A stretch of 64,000 bases of DNA from IMG/VR virus record IMGVR_UViG_3300020336_000004, positions 31,924 through 95,923 of that record; one strand, 5' to 3'. The DNA comes from a virus (lineage: Duplodnaviria > Caudoviricetes). Below the pieces are notes generated by a model, which was not told the origin of the DNA, made no database searches, and saw nothing but the letters and a program-made list of their open reading frames with translations. Position numbers and translations under genes: made by a program. Shown one piece after another: positions 57,439 through 64,000 of the stretch; within the stretch, counting starts at the first letter, position 1, and each line of letters opens with the position of its first letter.

Positions 57439-58311
57439 CTACTTATTTAGGCTATTTTTGGCTCGATTATGTATACTTCTTAGTAAATTAATGTATGCAG
57501 GACCGGCTTTTACTATATCGTCAATCATTGTAATGGCAGGCATATAACCTCTTACTGCTGTACTAGGTATACTTTTATTTGCTCTTGCCATATCTATAAA
57601 ACGTTTTGCCATAATCAAATTTTCTGTGCCTACAATATATTTGTAGTATGCTAAGTCTCTGCCTGTTACACTAATGTCAGGCATGCTTACTTTTGGTTCG
57701 TTGTCTTTTACTAGGTTAGTTTCTAAGTCTCTATCAGTTGATAGTTTTGCAAGGTCGTCAATTAAATCACTGTTACGTAATTTTGCTCTTGCGGCTAATA
57801 GTAATTTAGTTACTGCTATTTTTTTATTAATAGTACTAATAGACTTAAAGTTAGTAATGTATCTACGTATACTTCTATAATCTGTATTAACAATATGGAG
57901 AGCTGATTCTAGTTTTATAAAAATTTCTGCAGGTTTACTTGCTTCTTGTCCGTTACCTAGTTGGGTTAAGTATCTGTTTAGATTCATTAAAGGAAGTGTT
58001 GTACGTTTCCTTAAGGCTTTGGCAGCGCCTGGATCTTTTAACTTATCCATTGCGGCATCATCGCCAGTTACGAAATAAATGAAGTTGTACAAATCTGTAC
58101 CGTTCATCCTAAAATGCTTGTATGAGTCATATCTTGAACAGTCTTTTGCATACATTTTAGAACGTGCGGCATAGCCTGGAAATTTACGCAATAACTCTAA
58201 AATTAAAAGACTAAGATATAATCTTTCACAGCAATCTGTGTAGGTCAATGACCTTTGATCGCTTGAGTTGCGAGTCATTCTAGCTTCATGTATTTCTTTA
58301 ATAAAATCCAT
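57439..58311 (-). CDS. Hypothetical protein (probable head-associated)
   Basis: MDFIKEIHEAR. Confidence 0.7.
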   Translation of the reverse strand: MDFIKEIHEARMTRNSSDQRSLTYTDCCERLYLSLLILELLRKFPGYAARSKMYAKDCSRYDSYKHFRMNGTDLYNFIYFVTGDDAAMDKLKDPGAAKALRKRTTLPLMNLNRYLTQLGNGQEASKPAEIFIKLESALHIVNTDYRSIRRYITNFKSISTINKKIAVTKLLLAARAKLRNSDLIDDLAKLSTDRDLETNLVKDNEPKVSMPDISVTGRDLAYYKYIVGTENLIMAKRFIDMARANKSIPSTAVRGYMPAITMIDDIVKAGPAYINLLRSIHNRAKNSLNK

Positions 58312-58688
58312 TACGCTTTACTCTTCACCAAATCAATAACTTTCTTTAATCCATTTGTAGTTTGAATCATACGCATAAACTTTTCTTTTGCTCCACCTTG
58401 TTGCGTTGTACGGATTTCTAATCCTCTTATCATATGTGCAATCGTTGGAGTAACTTGTACTTCGTCGCCGTCGTCTGTTGTTACTGTACCAATAGGGTTT
58501 GGATTACTTCTGCTGTCAATTACTTTACCTAATTGATCAAACATTCTTTTAGCTTTGAATTCTTTACCATCGCCATCGTCATCTCTATCAAGTTCTATTC
58601 CGTGTTTACTTAATCCGAAGTCATCATATGCTTCAGTGATCTTATGCATTTCTTGTTCAAATTGTTTGAACTCTTTTATTTGTGTCAT
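58311..58688 (-). CDS. Hypothetical protein
   Basis: GGAG RBS. Confidence 0.7.
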   Translation of the reverse strand: MTQIKEFKQFEQEMHKITEAYDDFGLSKHGIELDRDDDGDGKEFKAKRMFDQLGKVIDSRSNPNPIGTVTTDDGDEVQVTPTIAHMIRGLEIRTTQQGGAKEKFMRMIQTTNGLKKVIDLVKSKA

Positions 58689-59857
58689 TAGTCTCTCCTT
58701 ATACTTCTGTTAGCGGCTGTGAAGCCTGCTCTATTTACTAGTTTAATATCACCACCTGGGTGTTGTAGTACGTAACCTTCGCCGCCTTTATATGTGTCGC
58801 CGATGTTTGCCTTAATATCTGCATCATGTGAATCAAATTGATTAATAATTTTATTTTTAATATTCATTATATTACTAACAACTTGCCACATAGCTCTAAA
58901 GCCTTTAATATTTTGTGTAATGTGTTCTGACATTCTTTTCTTTTTCACATCACTAATTTTTGTATTGCTGTTTAACCAACCCATAAAGTCTTCACCAAGT
59001 GCTGTTAGTCCAGTATCAACTTTACTATTTAAATAAGCATAAAAAATCTTTGGCATGTCTACCATTTTAAGATTAGCTAGTGTTTGAGTATTTAACAATG
59101 TGTCAATATTAACTGCATATTTGCTTATATCTGTTTTTAATGTATCAACATCTGTATCACTTACTTCAGGAGCACGTTGCACAACAACAGGAGGAACAAC
59201 TAAAACTTTATCGCCTTGTATAATATTGTTAATGTTCATACCTTGTAGACCTTTTTCAATTCCGTCTTGACCCATATACCTATGTATAACAACTGCACTA
59301 GTTGATCTTCCAATCTTGTTACCTATATCACTATCTTTATCTACTCTGTAGGTAACAATATTCGGGGTAAACACATAGTCATCTCCTTCTAATGCAGGTT
59401 TATTAAAATATAGTAAGTCACCTTTAAAGTAACCTCTAAATCTTTCTGGTAACGCTGATTGGTATTCATCAAATATTTGTCGCATGTTTGATGCAAATGC
59501 TGTGTAGCTATCAGGTACTTCTAATCCTTTACTGGTTTTTCTGTTGAGTAGCATTGCTTCCAAATCTTTTGCGGACTTGCTTTTACCATCATATCCTTTT
59601 GCGCCAAATCCAGACTTATCGGTAAGTATAAATTTTCCATCCTCATTGCGGCCAAAAATGATTGCGGGAGATCCGTCCCATTTGATAGTGACATCATTGT
59701 GTCCTCCTTTTTCAAGTTTACGTAAACTCTCTAAAGCACGAACTGCTCCTGCACTACCTTCCCAAAATACTACATCTTCAGCATGTTGAATACGTGCTTC
59801 TGCTTCGTTAAGTGCGATTGCAGTTTTTCCACTAGTCTTAAAGTCGTTGTATCTCAT
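58688..59857 (-). CDS. Ligase-fold nucleotidyltransferase-like protein
   Basis: TIKWDG, FKGDLLY, GEGYV, IKLV (motifs I/III/IV/V-like). Confidence 0.6.
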   Translation of the reverse strand: MRYNDFKTSGKTAIALNEAEARIQHAEDVVFWEGSAGAVRALESLRKLEKGGHNDVTIKWDGSPAIIFGRNEDGKFILTDKSGFGAKGYDGKSKSAKDLEAMLLNRKTSKGLEVPDSYTAFASNMRQIFDEYQSALPERFRGYFKGDLLYFNKPALEGDDYVFTPNIVTYRVDKDSDIGNKIGRSTSAVVIHRYMGQDGIEKGLQGMNINNIIQGDKVLVVPPVVVQRAPEVSDTDVDTLKTDISKYAVNIDTLLNTQTLANLKMVDMPKIFYAYLNSKVDTGLTALGEDFMGWLNSNTKISDVKKKRMSEHITQNIKGFRAMWQVVSNIMNIKNKIINQFDSHDADIKANIGDTYKGGEGYVLQHPGGDIKLVNRAGFTAANRSIRRD

Positions 59858-60729
59858 ACTGAAAGCCTTTTACTTAGTGCGACTACTCTATTGTAATTCT
59901 TATCTGCAAGTGTTTCAGTTTTTAAATCGTCTGGCACACCAATGTCTTTAACTATTCCGCTTTCAGAAAAGTTATCTAGTATAGACTGTACTAATTTAGG
60001 TGGATAGTTTTTTTCCATTGCGGCTTTTAGACTTTCATAACTGTTTAAATCTTTTGCATCATCTAGTTTTAATTTCTTTGCAATATCATTTGGATTTTTG
60101 TATGGTCCATCTATCATTACATTTTGATTCTTTTTAGTATATCCTTCGCCATTCTTCTTTGGCACTGGTGTACGTTTTATACGCACTAGTCCATCTGTTG
60201 GTGACCACATCCAACGTTCGCTTTCAGTTGGACGACCGTCATCGATAGTATCTGTACTATCTTTACGATCTAGTATCGAAGCTATTGTTGCTATCATTAC
60301 GTTACGGAATACACCTTTATACTTTGATTCTTTCTCACTTGGTGCGTGATAGTATGTTTTCATCCAACCAGGATCTCCTGGCATAAAATCTACTTGTACT
60401 TTACCTGTTCTAGGCTTACTTGGGTCTGGGCTTTTCTTATTAGCATCGTAACCAACAATATTAACACTTGTCATTATAACAGAACTTTTAGCAATGTCAA
60501 GAACTTCTGGCATTGCTTCTAACTTTTTAACCAACTCTGGTATTTGATCTGTACTGACTTGCACGGCAACATCAATGTCGCCACTAAATTCTTTTTTACC
60601 TACACTACCAAGGACATTGCTTCTTAAGTCAATGCCTAATTTCTTTTCTAATGCTGAAAGTGTTGGATCAATCTCATCAATATGAATAGGGCCGACGCCC
60701 GGCATTGCTCCGCCTTCATTTAGAATCAT
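59854..60729 (-). CDS. Pol-beta superfamily nucleotidyltransferase
   Basis: LGSVGKKEFSGDIDVAV, VQVDFM. Confidence 0.75.
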   Translation of the reverse strand: MILNEGGAMPGVGPIHIDEIDPTLSALEKKLGIDLRSNVLGSVGKKEFSGDIDVAVQVSTDQIPELVKKLEAMPEVLDIAKSSVIMTSVNIVGYDANKKSPDPSKPRTGKVQVDFMPGDPGWMKTYYHAPSEKESKYKGVFRNVMIATIASILDRKDSTDTIDDGRPTESERWMWSPTDGLVRIKRTPVPKKNGEGYTKKNQNVMIDGPYKNPNDIAKKLKLDDAKDLNSYESLKAAMEKNYPPKLVQSILDNFSESGIVKDIGVPDDLKTETLADKNYNRVVALSKRLSV

Positions 60730-60979
60730 TTTTTTTGCTCTCAATTATTTTATCAATGCCACGTTTAAATTTACGAGCATCACCTGCTTTGATACTATTA
60801 ATAAAACGTCTTTCTAATTCACCTGCTGTGTCTGCATCATATTCACTAGCAATACGATTTAATAAATTAATTGAACTTTCTATTATGTTATTCGCAGTGG
60901 TGCTTATAAGATAATCGTTATCTTGGCTACTGTGTATATTATTAAGCTCGTCAAGTATACTTCTAGTGCGTTTTTTCAT
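60716..60979 (-). CDS. Hypothetical protein
   Basis: MKKRTRSILDEL; TAAATA upstream. Confidence 0.7.
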   Translation of the reverse strand: MKKRTRSILDELNNIHSSQDNDYLISTTANNIIESSINLLNRIASEYDADTAGELERRFINSIKAGDARKFKRGIDKIIESKKNDSK

Positions 60980-61044
60980 ATTCGTCCCTTTGTACTTACT
61001 GTATTTAGTGTTTAAGTTGATAAATATTGACAACGGAGGGCAAT

Positions 61045-61815
61045 ATGGCAACAGATATTAAAAAATTAACGTTTAAAGAACGTTCGTTGCTTTTTGCAAA
61101 ACTTTCTCAAATAGCATATTTAGGTGAGGAAGATGCAAGAATAGCGGCAAAAGAATTAGGTTTTACAACAACAGAGTTTTATAATAAGATTGGAGCACAA
61201 TCTTATAGATTTATGAGTAAGAATGATCTTGTAATTTCTTGTAGAGGAACACAACCAACAGAGTACAATGACATAAAGGCTGATGCAAATGCTCTCCCCG
61301 TTATAAGCGAAACTGTATCACGTGTGCATAAAGGATTCAAAGACGAAGTAGATACGTTATGGCCAATGGTGTTAGAAGACATTACTAGAAAAGTAAATCA
61401 AGATAAAAACTTATGGTTTTGTGGACATAGCTTAGGGGCCGCAATGGCAACTGTTATGGCAAGTAGATGTTGGTATCAAAAAGAACTTGGTAACCCTGTT
61501 GAACTTTATACGTATGGTTCACCTAGAGTTGGTTGGAGTGGTTATTGTAATACTATTAATGTAGAACATCATAGATGGGTAAACAATAATGATATAGTGT
61601 GCAGGGTTCCTTTATTACTTATGGGTTTTAGACATCATGGCACAGAACATTATTTGAACGCATATGGTAAACTACGCACTCATACTGGTTGGCAACGCTT
61701 TAAAGATCGTTGGCGTGGTATTTGGATGGGATTAAAACAGGGTAAGATTGATAATTTTTCAGACCATAACATAGGTGATTATATTAAACACATTGGCAAC
61801 TTAGATCACTCCTAA
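61045..61815 (+). CDS. Class 3 lipase (alpha/beta hydrolase)
   Basis: RGT, VHKGF, GHSLGAA, YTYGSPRVG, NDIV. Confidence 0.92.
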   Translation: MATDIKKLTFKERSLLFAKLSQIAYLGEEDARIAAKELGFTTTEFYNKIGAQSYRFMSKNDLVISCRGTQPTEYNDIKADANALPVISETVSRVHKGFKDEVDTLWPMVLEDITRKVNQDKNLWFCGHSLGAAMATVMASRCWYQKELGNPVELYTYGSPRVGWSGYCNTINVEHHRWVNNNDIVCRVPLLLMGFRHHGTEHYLNAYGKLRTHTGWQRFKDRWRGIWMGLKQGKIDNFSDHNIGDYIKHIGNLDHS

Positions 61816-62069
61816 AATTTGTCTAAGTTTACACCCCTAGTATTAAAGGTGCCTTTGGCTTTCTGTTTATCGTAATCATACGGAACAGAAACAGCAAATG
61901 GATCGGACAATCCTGTACCAACCCATTTGAATTTGTTGTAAACGGTTGAAGGGTTGACATGGTCAAGATATCTCTCAACACATGTCTCTCCCTTGTCTGC
62001 ATAAGCTTCTACTTCTTCGTAGGTGCCGTACACAAACTCACCGTTATCTAATTTAGCTAGTTCTATCAT
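61812..62069 (-). CDS. Hypothetical protein
   Basis: ORF track. Confidence 0.65.
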   Translation of the reverse strand: MIELAKLDNGEFVYGTYEEVEAYADKGETCVERYLDHVNPSTVYNKFKWVGTGLSDPFAVSVPYDYDKQKAKGTFNTRGVNLDKF

Positions 62070-62203
62070 TACTCTTGATTATGCCTTGGGTCTTGAGCTT
62101 GTTCTTTACGTTTCTGTTGCTCCTCATCTGAGGGTAACTTCTGTTGTTGCATTGGTTGACTTTCAACTAACTTTTCTTTATCTTTAGTAATATTATTTTT
62201 CAT
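62069..62203 (-). CDS. Small Q/E/K-rich protein (44 aa)
   Basis: Not in the ORF track; AAGGAGG RBS; stop overlaps the next ATG. Confidence 0.6.
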   Translation of the reverse strand: MKNNITKDKEKLVESQPMQQQKLPSDEEQQKRKEQAQDPRHNQE

Positions 62204-62216
62204 ATTATGGACCTCC

Positions 62217-63176
62217 TTATCCAAATAAGCTACTCACACTTTCTTCATTTGATACTCTACGTATGGCTTCACCTAACAGAGTAGCAACACTAACCTGTCT
62301 TGTTTTCTTACAGTTCTTAGGACAACGATTGGCAATTGAATCAGTAACTACTAATTCATCTAGCACTGACTTCTCAACCTTTTGACATGCGTCCTCTGAC
62401 AGTACACCATGAGTAATGTATGCTCTAACACTGACTGCACCTGCGTCCATAATTGCTTTGGCCGCATGACATAATGTACCACCACTATCAATGATGTCGT
62501 CTACAAGGATAGCATGTTTGCCTTTGACATCACCAATCAGTGCCATTACTTCTGACTTGCCTGCTTCTGGTCTACGCTTGTCAACAATAGCAATGTCTCC
62601 GTGAAACATATCTGCAAACTTTCTAGCACGTACTGCTCCACCTGCATCTGGAGATACAAATACTGTACCTTGTTGCTCTACTTCTGGATCATCTATGATA
62701 CCAATTGAACGTCTAATGTCTTTAGCAAATACTACACGGCTTGTTAAATCATCCACTGGGATGTCAAAGAAGCCTTGTATCTGTCCTGCGTGTAGATCCA
62801 TTGTAAGTATTCTGTCTGCGCCTGCTGTCACCAATAAGTTTGCAACAAGTTTAGCTGTGATAGGTGTGCGACTTGCACTCTTACGATCTTGTCTTGCATA
62901 ACCAAAGTAAGGAATCACTGCGGTTATACGTTTAGTGCTTGAACGCCTTGCGGCATCTATCATAATAAGTAATTCCATTAAACTGTCGTTGACCGGGGTA
63001 GCAGTGCTTTGCACTATAAAAACGTCTTCACCCCTAACGTTTTCTTTAAATTCTACGCTGGTTTCTCCGTCTGCAAATGTTGTAATTTCAGCTGGAACTA
63101 AGCCAGCAAAACAGTGTTCTGCAATTCCTTTAGCTAGGGATCGATTGCTATTCCCTGCGATTATTTTCATTTTCAA
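62217..63176 (-). CDS. prs: Ribose-phosphate pyrophosphokinase
   Basis: FADGE, PYFGYARQDRK, DLHAGQIQGFF, VSPDAG, VDDIIDSGGT. Confidence 0.96.
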   Translation of the reverse strand: MKMKIIAGNSNRSLAKGIAEHCFAGLVPAEITTFADGETSVEFKENVRGEDVFIVQSTATPVNDSLMELLIMIDAARRSSTKRITAVIPYFGYARQDRKSASRTPITAKLVANLLVTAGADRILTMDLHAGQIQGFFDIPVDDLTSRVVFAKDIRRSIGIIDDPEVEQQGTVFVSPDAGGAVRARKFADMFHGDIAIVDKRRPEAGKSEVMALIGDVKGKHAILVDDIIDSGGTLCHAAKAIMDAGAVSVRAYITHGVLSEDACQKVEKSVLDELVVTDSIANRCPKNCKKTRQVSVATLLGEAIRRVSNEESVSSLFG

Positions 63177-63244
63177 AAAGCTATCCTTCCTGTGTTGAGG
63201 TTATACAATATTTAACTTATTATAACATATTTTTGTAATATAAG

Positions 63245-63445
63245 TCAACCACTTTTCTCTTTCTTGGTTACGCCGTTCTTTAAACTTTTAAAGACACATC
63301 CAAAAAACCATATTTGACAAATTATTAGATACTCGTCAAACATATTTTTACCTGGTGTAAAGTAAGATACTTGTTCACCGATTGTTGCTGCCCAAACTAA
63401 CATAAGGAAAAATGCAACAAATGGTGTTAACAAAAACTTGGTCAT
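63245..63445 (-). CDS. Small membrane protein
   Basis: Two hydrophobic segments. Confidence 0.6.
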   Translation of the reverse strand: MTKFLLTPFVAFFLMLVWAATIGEQVSYFTPGKNMFDEYLIICQIWFFGCVFKSLKNGVTKKEKSG

Positions 63446-64000
63446 GCTTTCACTAAACTTTCTCTAAATATTTCCCAGGCTCGTTCCCAAGACCATAACA
63501 TACTTTCATTGTACACTTTTTTTCTATCTAAGTCAAGAGCGTTTGTTACAGAAATGTTAAGATTTTTATCCATAATGCCTGTGACTCCTTGTTCAATTAC
63601 ATCTAAAGGCCCTTGTACTGGATAGGCAGCAACAGGAGTACCACAAGCCATAGCTTCTATCATTACCAATCCAAAGGTGTCCCAGCAACTAGGAAACACA
63701 AACACATCTGCCTGTTGGTAATAATCCGCAAGTTCCTGTCCTCGCTTTGCGCCTACAAACATAACATCTGGATATTCCTTTTTGTATTCTTCAAGTTTAG
63801 GTCCATCACCTACTTGTATCTTTGTGCCGGGAACTTCAAGCTCATAAAATTTTTTAAGATTCTTTTCAGTACTAACACGGCCGACATTGAGTAGTACAGG
63901 CATTGCAGAACGAGTTGGCCTCTCGGCAGGTTTGAATAGTTCTCTATCAACACCTCGTGTCCACGGCTTTACATTATCTCCAAACCCGTGTCTTTTTAAT
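63442..64000 (-). CDS. GT4 (GT-B) glycosyltransferase, 5' truncated
   Basis: VGRVSTEKN, VGDGP, DTFGLVMIEAMACGTPV; frame continues to the window edge. Confidence 0.88.
   Translation of the reverse strand, partial: LKRHGFGDNVKPWTRGVDRELFKPAERPTRSAMPVLLNVGRVSTEKNLKKFYELEVPGTKIQVGDGPKLEEYKKEYPDVMFVGAKRGQELADYYQQADVFVFPSCWDTFGLVMIEAMACGTPVAAYPVQGPLDVIEQGVTGIMDKNLNISVTNALDLDRKKVYNESMLWSWERAWEIFRESLVKA

Noticed and set aside
1-64000. CRISPR array, IS elements, integrase, rRNA
   Set aside because: No regularly spaced repeats or relevant motifs seen by eye; the PD-(D/E)xK exonuclease at 51937 lacks Cas4 cysteines and cas context.
1-64000. Stop-codon reassignment
   Set aside because: Known genes are full length in the standard code and no suppressor tRNA was seen.

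Overview
A 64-kb AT-rich, gene-dense segment of a large T4-like (myovirus/jumbo-type) bacteriophage genome, almost all on the minus strand. The host is probably a marine Proteobacterium, likely alpha (inference). Contents: a >2350-aa virion protein running off the left edge; DNA ligase, NrdAB, glutaredoxin, UV endonuclease, PAAR; five tRNAs; many host-like genes (IscA, NfuA, QueD, ClpP, ClpS, Hsp20, IF-1, S21, peroxiredoxin, GuaC, Prs, heme oxygenase plus PcyX-type bilin reductase); a curli-like locus (csgF-csgG-curlin-FecR-curlin) next to a CHASE2 class III cyclase; and a block of probable internal head proteins. The most striking unannotated signal is at 16.58-16.93 kb. A sigma70 promoter drives a 19-codon leader peptide with three AUA (Ile) codons and one UGG (Trp) codon, with 1:2, 2:3 and 3:4 alternative hairpins whose terminator ends exactly at tRNA-Trp(CCA), followed by an atypical 94-nt tRNA-Ile(UAU). 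This looks like a ribosome-stalling attenuator that switches on the tRNAs whose codons it senses. Other candidates: two A9G -1 frameshift sites, a riboswitch-like leader on queD, a ROSE-like thermometer on hsp20, a tRNA-Arg read in frame inside a CDS, and leaderless late genes. All calls come from reading motifs by eye; no searches or folding programs were run.
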